64,000 bases of DNA from Alphaproteobacteria bacterium (GCA_017471705.1 JAFUSH010000034.1:43934-107933); one strand, 5' to 3'. Shown: positions 1 through 10,438, counted from the stretch's first letter. The notes: generated from the sequence alone by a model not told the origin. Translations and numbers: made by a program.

Positions 1-544
1 TTGTCGTTACGGCTCGTTGTGCTAACGGAACGATTCTCTCCTTACTGCCTTTCCCGAATATGGTCACCAGATTTTTTTTATAATTGATTGCGGTTTCCGG
101 CAGGGCAACCAGTTCGGAAACTCGCATACCGGAAGCATACATCAGTTCAATCATAACGGCGATTCGATGAAAGCGAAAATCATCGCTGGCAGTTGCGGCA
201 GAAATCAAACTTTCAATTTCTTCTGCCGTCAAAAACTTAGGCAACGGTTTTTGTTGTTTCGGCGTTAAAATATTTTGTGCCGGATTATCGGAAATGATTT
301 TTTCGGAATAAAGAAATTTGCAAAATTCCTTTATGGCGGACAATTTACGCGCAATGGTTTTGGGAGCGAATCCTCTGGTTGCCAAATCCTGCATAAAAGA
401 TTCTATCTGTTTTTTATCCAAATGGTCATCGGTGAATATTAAAAATTGCTTCAAATCTCTTTCATAAGCTGCAATGGAGTTTTGCGCAGATCCCTTTTCT
501 GCAGCCATCATTTGCAAAAAACTCTCTATTTGTTCGCCGAACAT
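1..544 (-). CDS. XerC/XerD-family tyrosine recombinase, N-terminal part; the gene continues beyond the window edge
   Basis: Reverse-strand translation from the ATG at 544 reads MFGEQIESFLQMMAAEKGSAQNSIAAYERDLKQF...RVSELVAL. This is the typical XerD/XerC N-terminal core-binding domain and the start of the catalytic domain. An AAGGAG-like RBS is absent but an ATG is present. Confidence 0.7.
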   Translation of the reverse strand, partial: MFGEQIESFLQMMAAEKGSAQNSIAAYERDLKQFLIFTDDHLDKKQIESFMQDLATRGFAPKTIARKLSAIKEFCKFLYSEKIISDNPAQNILTPKQQKPLPKFLTAEEIESLISAATASDDFRFHRIAVMIELMYASGMRVSELVALPETAINYKKNLVTIFGKGSKERIVPLAQRAVTT

Positions 545-806
545 TGTTTATTTTTCTAAATTGACACTGATTTTTTGACTGATATGTTCGGTCGGGGCTT
601 GAATATCTTGAACAATTACAACTCCTACGCCCAAAATCAAGGCTGCGGCTACGGCGTAAAAAATAACTTTTGTATTATTTTGCCGTTGATAAGAATATCT
701 CATATTATTTTTCCTTATAAACTGTTAAAAATTGTTGATTATATACTAACAAGGTTATATCTTAAGGTCAATAGTTAAGAGTAATAGAATAACAAATGAA
801 GTTAAA

Positions 807-1445
807 ATGCCTAAAATAGATAAAATAATACTGCTTGTTGGTTTGATGGGAAGCGGTAAAACGAGCGTGGGTAAACGATTGGCCAGAAAATTGTCCTTGC
901 CGTTTGTAGACGGCGATTCGGAAATAGAAAAAGCTGCCGGATTGTCGTTGGTCGATGTTTTTAAATGTTTCGGTGAAAAAGAATATCGTGCCGGAGAAGA
1001 AAGGGTTATGAAACGTTTATTGCAAGGAAATCCTTGTGTTTTAGCTTCGGGGGGCGGTTCGTTTGTGGCAGAGCAAACTCGCAAACTGGCAAAAAATCAC
1101 GCTTTAACGATTTGGCTCAAGGCTGATATAGATACGCTTTATCATCGTACCGCCGGACGTACGCGCCGTCCGTTTTTACTTGGCGATAACAATACGGTGA
1201 AAGAAAAATTGCAGGAATATATAGCTGAGGAATATCCGTTTTATTCCGAAGCGGATATCGTTGTCGAAACTAAAGATGAAAAAGTAGAAAATACGGTGCG
1301 GCACGTGATAGCGGCAATTAACCGTTTTTACGGCATAAAACCGCCGCGTCGTCCGTTTAAGTATTTTCACAGAAAAGCAAAGGATAACAAAAATGCGTCC
1401 AAACAGCAGAACGCCGGCGCAAATGCGTCCGTTAGAGATAATTAA
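807..1445 (+). CDS. aroK: shikimate kinase with a ~35-aa basic C-terminal extension
   Basis: Walker A GLMGSGKTSVGKRLA, the shikimate kinase core, and an LID-region RTRRP motif. Confidence 0.85.
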   Translation: MPKIDKIILLVGLMGSGKTSVGKRLARKLSLPFVDGDSEIEKAAGLSLVDVFKCFGEKEYRAGEERVMKRLLQGNPCVLASGGGSFVAEQTRKLAKNHALTIWLKADIDTLYHRTAGRTRRPFLLGDNNTVKEKLQEYIAEEYPFYSEADIVVETKDEKVENTVRHVIAAINRFYGIKPPRRPFKYFHRKAKDNKNASKQQNAGANASVRDN

Positions 1446-2103
1446 AGATGTAAATTTATATGCCGAAGGGTCGTGTCTGATAAAATTCGGTAATACTCAC
1501 GTGCTATGCACTGCCAGTGTTGATGAAAAAGTTCCCGTATGGCTTCAGGGGCAGGGACGCGGCTGGGTTACCGCCGAATATTCTCTGTTACCGCGGGCAA
1601 CGCAAACCAGAGTGAGCAGGGAAACCAAAGGTGTCGGCGGCAGAACGCACGAAATTCAACGTTTGATAGGGCGCTCTTTGCGGGCGGCCGTGGATTTGAC
1701 GCAGATGCCGGATATTTGTATACAAATAGATTGTGATGTATTACAAGCTGACGGCGGAACCAGAACCGCTTCAATTTCCGGAGGCTTTGTGGCGTTATAT
1801 ATTGCATTGGATAACTTGGTGAAGAAAGGACGTTTGCCGCGCAATCCGATAAAAGAGTATGTTGCGGCGATATCCTGCGGAATTTATGATGGTGAAGCGG
1901 TGCTTGATTTGGATTATACGGAGGATTCTCACGCAGATGCCGATACCAATTTTGTATTGACGGAGAGCGGAAAAATAGTTGAAATACAGGCTACCGCCGA
2001 GGGAGCCGTTTTTGATGAAGCCGATTTTAATGAACTTTTCGGGTTAGCCAAGTCAGGTATTCATCAAATTATATGTGCGCAAAAGAAAGTTTTGGGAGAA
2101 TAA
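1393..2103 (+). CDS. rph: ribonuclease PH
   Basis: MRPNSRTPAQMRPLEI...GNTHVLCTASV...EYSLLPRATQTR...ADGGTRTASISGG, canonical RNase PH motifs. It overlaps the aroK 3' end by 53 bp. Confidence 0.9.
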   Translation: MRPNSRTPAQMRPLEIIKDVNLYAEGSCLIKFGNTHVLCTASVDEKVPVWLQGQGRGWVTAEYSLLPRATQTRVSRETKGVGGRTHEIQRLIGRSLRAAVDLTQMPDICIQIDCDVLQADGGTRTASISGGFVALYIALDNLVKKGRLPRNPIKEYVAAISCGIYDGEAVLDLDYTEDSHADADTNFVLTESGKIVEIQATAEGAVFDEADFNELFGLAKSGIHQIICAQKKVLGE

Positions 2104-2104
2104 A

Positions 2105-2698
2105 ATGAAACTTAACAAGATTCTGTTTGCCAGTCATAATGCCGGTAAAATATCGGAAATAAAAAATATGTTACAGCCTTTGGGAATTCAGGTTATTTCG
2201 GCTGCAGATATTTCATTCCCCGATGTGGAAGAAACCGGTAGTACATTTGCCGAAAATTCATTACTGAAATCACAAACCATTGCCCAAACTTTGAATATTC
2301 CGTGCATTGCCGACGATTCGGGATTGTGTGTTGACGCATTAAACGGTGCGCCCGGAGTATATTCGGCGCGTTATGCTCCAAACCGCGACTTTGATAAAGG
2401 TATCGATAAACTGCTGGCAGAGATGAATAAAAGTTCCGACAAAAATCGAAACGCACATTTTTCCTGCGTAGTTTCATTGGCATATCCCGACGGCAGGTAT
2501 AAATTGTTTGAAGGTCGAGTCGATGGTAAAATAGCTTTTGAGAAAATGCAGGGAGAAGAAGGTTTCGGTTATGATCCCATATTTATTCCTGACGGCTATA
2601 ATTGCAGTTTTGCACAAATGAGCAAAGAGGAGAAAAATAAAATATCGCATCGCGGCCGCGCAATGCAAAAGTTTAAAGAATACTTGCTCAGCCTTTAA
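2105..2698 (+). CDS. rdgB: non-canonical purine NTP pyrophosphatase (Ham1/RdgB family)
   Basis: MKLNKILFASHNAGKISE...GFGYDPIF. There is a GGGAGA RBS before the ATG at 2105. The ORF-track start at 2075 lacks an RBS. Confidence 0.8.
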   Translation: MKLNKILFASHNAGKISEIKNMLQPLGIQVISAADISFPDVEETGSTFAENSLLKSQTIAQTLNIPCIADDSGLCVDALNGAPGVYSARYAPNRDFDKGIDKLLAEMNKSSDKNRNAHFSCVVSLAYPDGRYKLFEGRVDGKIAFEKMQGEEGFGYDPIFIPDGYNCSFAQMSKEEKNKISHRGRAMQKFKEYLLSL

Positions 2699-2710
2699 CG
2701 GAGATATAAA

Positions 2711-5623
2711 ATGATGAATGTTTACAATATCAGCGGAGATAAATCTTTTGTTGATATTTTGGCCGGTTATTTTCTGCAAAGGTACGAAAATAAACCGGAA
2801 GAACTCGCAAATATATTGTTTTTAATGCCTAATCGAAGATCTTGTCAGAATTTGGCGGATGCTTTTGTGAGATATAACGGAGGAAAACCGACGCTTCTGC
2901 CCCGAATGGAGCCGATTGCCGATGCCGATGAAGATGAAATTTTTTTGAGCGGCGGCGCAAAAATTTTGCCCCTTCTTAAACCGGCAATTGACAATATGGA
3001 AAGGTCCCTTGATTTTACTAAGCTGATTATGCACAAAAATAAGTACGGTATTGATGATGTTTCTTTATCGCAAGCGTATGCTTTGGCTCAAAATTTGGCA
3101 TCATTAATGGATACCGTGCAGAATGAGGAGCTGAACTTTGCTGACTTGGATAAAATTGTTCCCGATAATTATTCGAGCCATTGGCAAAAAACATTGACCT
3201 TGCTCAAAATTATTACGGAATATTGGCCGCGTATTTTGGAAGAAAACGGATATTGCGATCCCGCGGAAAGAAAAAAACAACTCATCAGAGCCGAATTGGA
3301 TTTTTGGCGCTCCTCGCCTAACCGTCCTAAAATAATTATAGCCGGAAGTACGGCGGCATTTCCCGTTTTGAAGGAAATGGTGAAAACAGTTGCCGAGTTT
3401 CCTGACGGAGAAGTTTATTTATACGGAGTGGATAAATATTTGGACGCCGATTCGTGGCAAAAAATTGATGAAAACCATCCGCAGTATGAACTAAAAGAGT
3501 TACTTGATTATTTGCAATTGTCGCGCGATTGCGTAATTGATATACCAGATAAAGATATAAGCAATCGGGAAAAGTTGATAAGTGAAATAATGCGTCCTGC
3601 TTCAACCACCGGAGAATGGAGAAAATTGTCGGAAGAAATGTTTCCGGCGGATACATTCAAAGATATTCATTTAATAAATTGCGATGATATGCGTCACGAG
3701 GCGAAGACCATCGCGCTGATTATGCGTGAAACCTTGGAAACCGAAGGAAAAACAGTTGCTTTGGTAACGGTTGACCGTAATCTGTCGCGGAGAGTTATTT
3801 CCGAATTGAAAAAATGGAATATAGATGCCGATGATTCGGCTGGACAACCTTTGAGTTTAACGCACATAGGCGTATATTTTCGTTTGGTTGCCGAAGCAAT
3901 AGTGCAAAATAATATGACGGCCAAAATGGCATTACTCAAATATCCGTTCACAGCTTGCGGAAATGATAGCATAAATTTCAAAGAAAAAGTCTATGATTTA
4001 GAGTTGGCTTTAAGAAAAGAAAGAAAACTTACTCCGGTTCAGCAAAATTTGCTTGATGATTTTGAAAGGAGATTACTTCCTTTAAAAGAACTTTATGACA
4101 ATCCGATGGTGGATTTGAAAAAAATGCTTATAACTCACATAGAAGTAGCGCAAAGTTTATCCGATACGGATATTAAAACCGGTGATAAAATCATCTGGAA
4201 AGGTGATGACGGGTATGTTGCGGCGGAATTTTTTGCCGAATTTATAAATAAGAGTGATAAATTAGGTAATATTGCCGCCAATGATTATCTGCCGTTTTTA
4301 GTTACGGTTATGACCGAGAAAAATGTGCGTTCAAGATACGGATATCACCCTCGTGTCAAAATTTTAGGACCGATTGAAGCTCGTTTAACAAATTATGACA
4401 GGGTGATTATCGGAGAAGCAAACGAAGATGTCTGGCCTAAGCTGCCGAAAGCCGATATGTGGCTGTCCCGCCCGATGAAGTCCGATTTTAAAATGCCGCA
4501 AGCGGAAAGAAGTATAGGTGTCAGCGCGGCAGATTTTGCTCATTTATTGAATGCTCCGGAAGTTTTTGTTACCAGAGCGCAAAAGGTTGACGGCACTCCT
4601 ACCGATAAATCAAGATGGTGGCTTCGGATGGAAACGGTTTTGGATGCGATTTTCGGAAGTGATGATGAGCAGAAAAAGAAATACGCCTTTATTTACAGAG
4701 AACCTTATTCACAGTGGGCAAAAAATTTAGAAAGATGCGATAATCCTCGTCCGGTAAAGGCTCCGCAGCCTCGTCCGAAATTGAAATATCGTCCTCGCAA
4801 GCTTACGGCCAGTCAGGTAGAAATTTTAATGCGTGATCCGTACTCGGTTTACGCTAAAGAAATACTTAAATTGGAACCTTTGAAAAAATTGGATCGTGAA
4901 AAAGAAGTATTTGATTTCGGAATTATGGTTCACAAAGTATTGGAAGAATTTAATAAAAAATATTACGGCGAGTATTATCCGGAAAATGCTGCCGAAATAT
5001 TAATGAAATCCGGTATGCAAAAATTTGCGGAAAATAATGTCAGCGAGGAAGTGCAAACCTTTTGGAAGCCGCAATTAAAAGCAATGATTGATATGGTTGT
5101 CGGAAGAGAAGCGGAATATCGTCATCTTATAACCAAAGTAAACAGCGAAGTCAAAGGAGAAATGATATTTAAAGCCAAAGGCGGTGATTTTTTGATTTCG
5201 GCAAAAGCAGACAGAATAGATAAGACAAAAGACGGATGTATAAACATTATAGACTATAAAACAGGTAAAGGACGCAGTGATAAAGAGCTGAAAGAAGTAA
5301 CCGCCCCGCAATTACCGGTAGAAGCAATGATAGCGCAAAAAGTCGGATTTGAAGATGTTGAAAAAGCAGAAGTTGCAAGTATGCAATATTGGGCATTAAA
5401 AGACAAATCGGGAAAAACTGATTATGATGAAACTCAAAATGCCATAGATAAAATAGAAACGGCTTTGCAAAAACTCATAGACGGGTTTGATGATGAAAAG
5501 CGTCCGTATTTGGCAAAACCGGTATCAAGCAAATACGGACAATACGGTGATTATGACCATCTTTCCCGTTATTTGGAATGGTCTGTACGCGAAGATAGCG
5601 AGGAAGAAAATGATGATGAGTAA
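2711..5623 (+). CDS. addB: double-strand break repair protein AddB (alphaproteobacterial type, PD-(D/E)XK nuclease)
   Basis: 970 aa. It sits immediately upstream of a UvrD-like helicase/nuclease. The C-terminal nuclease region is DYKTGK. addB-addA-trxA synteny is typical of alphaproteobacteria. Confidence 0.75.
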   Translation: MMNVYNISGDKSFVDILAGYFLQRYENKPEELANILFLMPNRRSCQNLADAFVRYNGGKPTLLPRMEPIADADEDEIFLSGGAKILPLLKPAIDNMERSLDFTKLIMHKNKYGIDDVSLSQAYALAQNLASLMDTVQNEELNFADLDKIVPDNYSSHWQKTLTLLKIITEYWPRILEENGYCDPAERKKQLIRAELDFWRSSPNRPKIIIAGSTAAFPVLKEMVKTVAEFPDGEVYLYGVDKYLDADSWQKIDENHPQYELKELLDYLQLSRDCVIDIPDKDISNREKLISEIMRPASTTGEWRKLSEEMFPADTFKDIHLINCDDMRHEAKTIALIMRETLETEGKTVALVTVDRNLSRRVISELKKWNIDADDSAGQPLSLTHIGVYFRLVAEAIVQNNMTAKMALLKYPFTACGNDSINFKEKVYDLELALRKERKLTPVQQNLLDDFERRLLPLKELYDNPMVDLKKMLITHIEVAQSLSDTDIKTGDKIIWKGDDGYVAAEFFAEFINKSDKLGNIAANDYLPFLVTVMTEKNVRSRYGYHPRVKILGPIEARLTNYDRVIIGEANEDVWPKLPKADMWLSRPMKSDFKMPQAERSIGVSAADFAHLLNAPEVFVTRAQKVDGTPTDKSRWWLRMETVLDAIFGSDDEQKKKYAFIYREPYSQWAKNLERCDNPRPVKAPQPRPKLKYRPRKLTASQVEILMRDPYSVYAKEILKLEPLKKLDREKEVFDFGIMVHKVLEEFNKKYYGEYYPENAAEILMKSGMQKFAENNVSEEVQTFWKPQLKAMIDMVVGREAEYRHLITKVNSEVKGEMIFKAKGGDFLISAKADRIDKTKDGCINIIDYKTGKGRSDKELKEVTAPQLPVEAMIAQKVGFEDVEKAEVASMQYWALKDKSGKTDYDETQNAIDKIETALQKLIDGFDDEKRPYLAKPVSSKYGQYGDYDHLSRYLEWSVREDSEEENDDE

Positions 5624-8600
5624 TAATACTTATGAAGATTTGTATAATGAAAGCAAAGAAAAAGCATCGGAACGTCAACGCAAGGCGGCAAATCCTCGCG
5701 TATCGGTTTGGGTAGAGGCCTCTGCCGGTACCGGAAAAACTCAAGTTTTGTCTGACAGAGTGCTTCGTTTACTACTCGAGAGCACTGAGCCTCAAAGTAT
5801 TATGCCGAAAATTTTGTGCCTGACCTATACCAAAGCGGCGGCAGTGGAAATGAAAACACGTATTTCCGAGAGATTAAGCAAATGGTCGGTGCAAAGTGAT
5901 GAAGAATTGAAAGAAAATATCGAAAATTTATTAGGTAAAGATACGTGCAGCCAAGAAAAATTATCGGAGTATGCGGACAGAGCCGGTACTCTTTTTGCTA
6001 TGCTGTTGGACACTCCGGGCGGAATCAAAATACAGACCATACATAGTTTTTGCGAACAAATACTTAAGCGTTTTCCGCTGGAAGCAGGTATTTCTCCGTA
6101 TTTTGAAATTCTGGGAGAAAGAGAGGCTGCGGAAACTTTAAAACAAATTCAAAATGAAATACTGCGGGAGAGTAATTTTTCCGATACACCGGAGGCGTTG
6201 GCAGTTCTGTATCTGACGGCTAATTTAAGCGAACATTCATTTCCTAAGGTGATGAAACATATCACCGAAAATTATATTAAAATTAATGAAAGTCTGCATC
6301 AATACGGCGGATTGAATAAAATACTGGAAAAAATGCGGCAAAAATGGGGAATTACTGACGGCGAGAGTGATGAAAAAATCATAGCCGAAGCTATGCGTAA
6401 CATAAATAAAAATGATTTGGAACAAAACATAAAAGCTTTGCGGAAAGGCGGAAATAAAAATAATACGACGGCAAATATTTTACAAGAGGTGCTTTCCGGA
6501 GGGTTGATATGCGGAGATTTTGATAAATATGCAAGCTGTTTTTTGAGTAAGAGTGACGAAATATTCGGTCAAAATTGGCGGTATGGTGATAAAGATGCAG
6601 TAAAAAGCGATGCGGAAATAATTGATAGAATGAAAACGGAAGCGCAACGCTTGTATGATGTGCAGAAAAAACGTTGCAAAATCAGAATTTATGAATCCAG
6701 CAAGGCTTTTTTAACCGTAGCCCAAAGCATAAATCGTAAATATGAAGAATATAAGCGGGCAAAGTCTTATTTGGATTATGCCGATTTAATTGATAAAACC
6801 TGTGCATTATTATCCGATGCCGAGCAGGCTTCTTGGGTGTTGTATAAGCTTGACGGCGGGATAGACCATATTTTGCTTGATGAAGCTCAGGATACTTCAC
6901 CGCAGCAATGGAAAATTATAGAGGCGCTAAGCAATGAATTTTTTTCCGGTTCCGGTGTGCGGGAAAAAATCCGCACGGTGTTTGCGGTAGGTGACAGAAA
7001 ACAATCAATTTTCAGTTTTCAGGGAGCCGATCCGCAGAAATTTGATGAAATGTCAAGAGAATTCAAAAAACGCGCAGGTGTCAATTTTGATAAAATCGAT
7101 ATGGAGTACTCATTCCGCTCCACTCCGGCAATATTGGACGGAGTAAATACCATATTTGCCGATGAAAAAATTGCCGACGGCGTAATTTCAGCCGGTTCTC
7201 CCGTCGAACACATACCGGTAAGAGCCGGAGAATACGGCAGAGTTGAAATCTGGCCGTTATATGTGGCAGAAAAAAGTGAAAAAGCTTCCGAAGACGAAAA
7301 ATTAATGCCGCCGATGGAAATGAGTAAAAAAATTTCGGTCAGAACAAAAATGGCAAGACAAATTGCCGAAAAAATCGAAAAGATGATTGAAAGCAGCAAA
7401 GACACGGTTAATCCTCTGAGATACAAAGATTTTATGATTTTGGTAAGACATCGTAACGCATTTATGGAAGAATTTATTCGTGTTTGCAAAGAAAACCATA
7501 TTAATATAGTCGGCGCCGATAAAATGGTATTGGCCGAGCAGATAGCTGTGCAGGATTTGATTTCATTGGGTAAATTTCTGCTTTTGCCCGATGATGATTT
7601 ATCTTTGGCTGAAACGCTGAAATCTCCGCTGTTTAATCTGACGGATGCAGATTTGGAGGTTCTTTGCTGTGAACGTCAACCGAATGCCTCCCTTTGGAAT
7701 AGTCTTGGTAAAAACGCAAAATATGCGGGAATATATAAAGATTTGAGCAGATTAATCGAAAAATTGGATTTTATTCGTCCGTTTGAACTGTTCAATTATG
7801 TTTTGGTTAATATGGGCGGCCGTCATAAATTTATGCAAAGAATGGGAATTGAAGCGGAAGATGCCATTGATGAATTTATGAATATAACTTTGGAATACGA
7901 ACAAACTCAAACTCCTAATTTACAAGGGTTTATATCGTGGTTTGAAGATGATGAAACCGCTATCAAACGCGAAGGTGATGATGCCGAAAACGATGCGGTG
8001 CGATTAATGACGGTACATCATTCAAAAGGTCTGCAGGCTAGAGTGGTGTTTTTACCGGACAGTGTTCAACTTCCGAAAAACAGTTGCGAGCAAAAGCTGT
8101 TGTTCGGAAATGACGGATTGCCTTATTATCCGCTTCGTAAAAAGGACTATGATGATATATGCGTTAAAATAAACGATGATGACGGAATTGTGCAGTTGGA
8201 AGAATATCGTCGTTTGCTGTATGTTGCTTTGACCAGAGCCGAAGAACAGTTAATTATATGCGGATACGCAAATTCAGATAAAATAAAAGACGATTCGTGG
8301 CTGAAAATCTGCAAAAATGCGATAGGCAAGATTATTGCCGAAAATGAAGATAAAAAACTGGTGATGGAGAGTCCGGCAAAGAGAATTGTGAAACCGAAAA
8401 CAAAATATATCATACAGCCGCTTATTAAAGAAAAAGAAAAGTGGCTTGATGTCAAAGTCAATGGTGAATCGGCAATGGCAAGACCGTATACACCGTCTAA
8501 ATTAAAAAAAGAAAAAGACGAAGAACCGGATTCGGTTTCACCGCTTAAAGAAAAAGCTGACTATTATCGCCGCGGTAAGCTTATACATAAAATTATACAA

Positions 8601-9023
8601 TTTTTACCGGCGGAAAATAAAAATAAAGAACAGATTATTGATGACTACTTGCAAAAAAATGCCGGTGGCTTTTCGAAAGAGCAAAAACAGAAAATCAAAT
8701 CGGAAGTTTTACAATTATTGGCAAAAGAAGAATACGCAGCATTTTTCGGTTCGGATTCGCACGCAGAAGTTCCGATTTTCGGAGCGGTGGGCGGACAGAT
8801 TATTTCGGCGCAGATAGACAGATTAATTGTGCGGAAAGATAAGGTTATCATCATAGATTTTAAAACAAACAGAGAAGTTGCAAAAAATGCCGATAAAATT
8901 CCGGAGCTGTACCGCCGCCAATTAAAAGCTTATGAAAAACTTGTCTGTGCCATATATCCTAACCGCAAAGCGGAAAGCTACATTTTATGGACCAATGAAT
9001 TAAGGTTGATGCGTGTTTTATAA
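5610..9023 (+). CDS. addA: double-strand break repair helicase AddA (UvrD/Rep superfamily 1 helicase with C-terminal nuclease)
   Basis: Walker A ASAGTGKTQVL, helicase motifs (LLDEAQDTSP, VGDRKQSIFSF), and a C-terminal PD-(D/E)XK DRLIV...IDFKT. The start is taken at the ATG at 5610, which follows a GAGGAAGAAAA RBS and overlaps the addB stop. The ORF-track start at 5487 lies inside addB. Confidence 0.85.
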   Translation: MMMSNNTYEDLYNESKEKASERQRKAANPRVSVWVEASAGTGKTQVLSDRVLRLLLESTEPQSIMPKILCLTYTKAAAVEMKTRISERLSKWSVQSDEELKENIENLLGKDTCSQEKLSEYADRAGTLFAMLLDTPGGIKIQTIHSFCEQILKRFPLEAGISPYFEILGEREAAETLKQIQNEILRESNFSDTPEALAVLYLTANLSEHSFPKVMKHITENYIKINESLHQYGGLNKILEKMRQKWGITDGESDEKIIAEAMRNINKNDLEQNIKALRKGGNKNNTTANILQEVLSGGLICGDFDKYASCFLSKSDEIFGQNWRYGDKDAVKSDAEIIDRMKTEAQRLYDVQKKRCKIRIYESSKAFLTVAQSINRKYEEYKRAKSYLDYADLIDKTCALLSDAEQASWVLYKLDGGIDHILLDEAQDTSPQQWKIIEALSNEFFSGSGVREKIRTVFAVGDRKQSIFSFQGADPQKFDEMSREFKKRAGVNFDKIDMEYSFRSTPAILDGVNTIFADEKIADGVISAGSPVEHIPVRAGEYGRVEIWPLYVAEKSEKASEDEKLMPPMEMSKKISVRTKMARQIAEKIEKMIESSKDTVNPLRYKDFMILVRHRNAFMEEFIRVCKENHINIVGADKMVLAEQIAVQDLISLGKFLLLPDDDLSLAETLKSPLFNLTDADLEVLCCERQPNASLWNSLGKNAKYAGIYKDLSRLIEKLDFIRPFELFNYVLVNMGGRHKFMQRMGIEAEDAIDEFMNITLEYEQTQTPNLQGFISWFEDDETAIKREGDDAENDAVRLMTVHHSKGLQARVVFLPDSVQLPKNSCEQKLLFGNDGLPYYPLRKKDYDDICVKINDDDGIVQLEEYRRLLYVALTRAEEQLIICGYANSDKIKDDSWLKICKNAIGKIIAENEDKKLVMESPAKRIVKPKTKYIIQPLIKEKEKWLDVKVNGESAMARPYTPSKLKKEKDEEPDSVSPLKEKADYYRRGKLIHKIIQFLPAENKNKEQIIDDYLQKNAGGFSKEQKQKIKSEVLQLLAKEEYAAFFGSDSHAEVPIFGAVGGQIISAQIDRLIVRKDKVIIIDFKTNREVAKNADKIPELYRRQLKAYEKLVCAIYPNRKAESYILWTNELRLMRVL

Positions 9024-9113
9024 AAAAAGTGTTGTAATTATTTTGTTTATCTTTAATATTAATCACAAGGCGACTATATAGTCGGAAGGATAACAAATAA
9101 CAAGGAGAACAAA

Positions 9114-9431
9114 ATGACACAACCTTTGACAGACAGCCAATTTGATGAAACGGTTTCTAATTCTAAAGGCTTGGTGCTGATAGATTTTTGGGCGGAATGG
9201 TGCGGACCGTGCCGTCAATTGGGGCCGATTTTGGAAACCATTGACGATGAAATGGGTGACACCGTAAAGATTTATAAAATGAATGTTGACGATTCGCCTG
9301 AAGTCGCAAGCCGTTTCGGATTACGTAGCATTCCTACGATGTTTTTGTTTAAGGACGGTAAACAGGTTGATATGAAAGTGGGTTTGAATACACAATCCAC
9401 CATTCAATCTTGGATTGAGTCGTATAAATAA
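9114..9431 (+). CDS. trxA: thioredoxin
   Basis: WAEWCGPCRQ active site; 105 aa. Confidence 0.9.
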   Translation: MTQPLTDSQFDETVSNSKGLVLIDFWAEWCGPCRQLGPILETIDDEMGDTVKIYKMNVDDSPEVASRFGLRSIPTMFLFKDGKQVDMKVGLNTQSTIQSWIESYK

Positions 9432-9456
9432 TCAAACAATGTAAGATTTCTGAGAT

Positions 9457-9487
9457 AAAACTCCGAAAAGTTATTTTCGGAGTTTTT
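9457..9487 (+). terminator. rho-independent terminator after trxA
   Basis: AAAACTCCGAAAAGTTATTTTCGGAGTTTTT: a perfect stem followed by a T-run. Confidence 0.7.
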
Positions 9488-9640
9488 CCATAAAAACGCT
9501 TGATTTTATAAAATATTTGTGCTAAAAGTCAGCCGAAATTGAGCGGCTTTTATGTATGAGCGCTTGGCGCCACCGTAGTAAAAGCCTTGTATTAATCCGC
9601 TTTGTAAAGCAAAGCACAGAAAAAAGAAAGGAATGACATC

Positions 9641-10105
9641 ATGAGACATGGTGACGCACACAGAAAATTTAATATGCCGAAAAGCCAAAGAAGAGCTTTG
9701 TTCTCTAACCTGACTTCCGCATTGTTAACGCACGAACAAATTACGATTACGTTGACTCGAGCCAAAGAATTAAGAACTTTTGCCGACAATATGATTACTT
9801 ATGCCAAAAAAGGTGATTTGAATTCTCGCCGCTTAGCCGCAGCTTTCTTGCGCAATGATGAAGTCGTTTCTAAGCTTTTCTCTACTTTGGCAGAACGCTA
9901 TAAATCTCGTAACGGCGGTTATACCCGCGTTTTGAAAGCCGGTTTCCGTTATGGTGATTGCGCTCCGATGGCTGTTATTGAATTGGTTGACAGAGATGTA
10001 AACGCCAAAGGTGCTAAAGACTTGGCCAGAGTTGCCGCCGAAAAGGCTGCTGCTGAAGCTGCCGAAAAAGCAGAGGCTACTGCCGAGACAAGCGAAAACG
10101 CTTAG
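9641..10105 (+). CDS. rplQ: 50S ribosomal protein L17 with an Ala/Glu-rich C-terminal tail
   Basis: [24 protein letters not shown]...[15 protein letters not shown]: the L17 signature. It has its own RBS AAGGAATGACATCATG. It is not preceded by rpoA. Confidence 0.85.
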   Translation: MRHGDAHRKFNMPKSQRRALFSNLTSALLTHEQITITLTRAKELRTFADNMITYAKKGDLNSRRLAAAFLRNDEVVSKLFSTLAERYKSRNGGYTRVLKAGFRYGDCAPMAVIELVDRDVNAKGAKDLARVAAEKAAAEAAEKAEATAETSENA

Positions 10106-10122
10106 TCTTTTTTATGATTTGA

Positions 10123-10158
10123 AAAAAACTCCGTCGATTCGCGTCGCGGAGTTTTTTG
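10123..10158 (+). terminator. rho-independent terminator after rplQ
   Basis: AACTCCG-TCGATTCGCGTCG-CGGAGTT hairpin followed by TTTTTTGTTT. Confidence 0.7.
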
Positions 10159-10173
10159 TTTGCTTACCGAATA

Positions 10174-10207
10174 AAAAAACTCCTCATAAAGAGGAGCTGA
10201 GGAGTAA
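10174..10207 (-). terminator. terminator for the convergent small minus-strand gene
   Basis: CTCCTC/GAGGAG inverted repeat with an A-run on the plus strand (a T-run on the minus strand), just downstream of the 10220 stop. Confidence 0.5.
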
Positions 10208-10219
10208 AACAATGAAAAT

Positions 10220-10438
10220 TTATCTGGTTTTAAGGAAATTATCACGAACTATCTGAGCAAGATTTTCTTGTTCACGAACTTTCTCAGCTATAACCTCCTG
10301 TGATTTCATAATAGGAGAATAGCCGCGGTCAATCGAATTTATCATAGATTTTCCGAAAGGTATTTTCCCCCCATAGGTTGCTGGACCGGTTGATTTTGTT
10401 ACAGCACCTTTTGTAAAATCTTTACTCATATCATTCAT
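10220..10438 (-). CDS. small hypothetical protein (72 aa)
   Basis: A good RBS (AAGGAATAAAAAAATG) on the minus strand and its own terminator. No family is recognised. Confidence 0.4.
   Translation of the reverse strand: MNDMSKDFTKGAVTKSTGPATYGGKIPFGKSMINSIDRGYSPIMKSQEVIAEKVREQENLAQIVRDNFLKTR

Noticed and set aside
575-1084. Small ORFs at 575-778 (+) and 755-1084 (-) around the aroK start.
   Set aside because: The first lies in the divergent promoter region with no RBS. The second is antisense to aroK, whose kinase motifs are clear.
2075-2104. Upstream in-frame ATG for rdgB (ORF-track start).
   Set aside because: It has no RBS and would overlap the rph stop. The ATG at 2105 has a GGGAGA RBS and matches the conserved RdgB N-terminus.
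5487-5609. Upstream in-frame extension of addA (ORF-track start at 5487).
   Set aside because: It lies entirely inside the addB coding region. The ATG at 5610 has an RBS and is followed immediately by the conserved AddA N-terminus.
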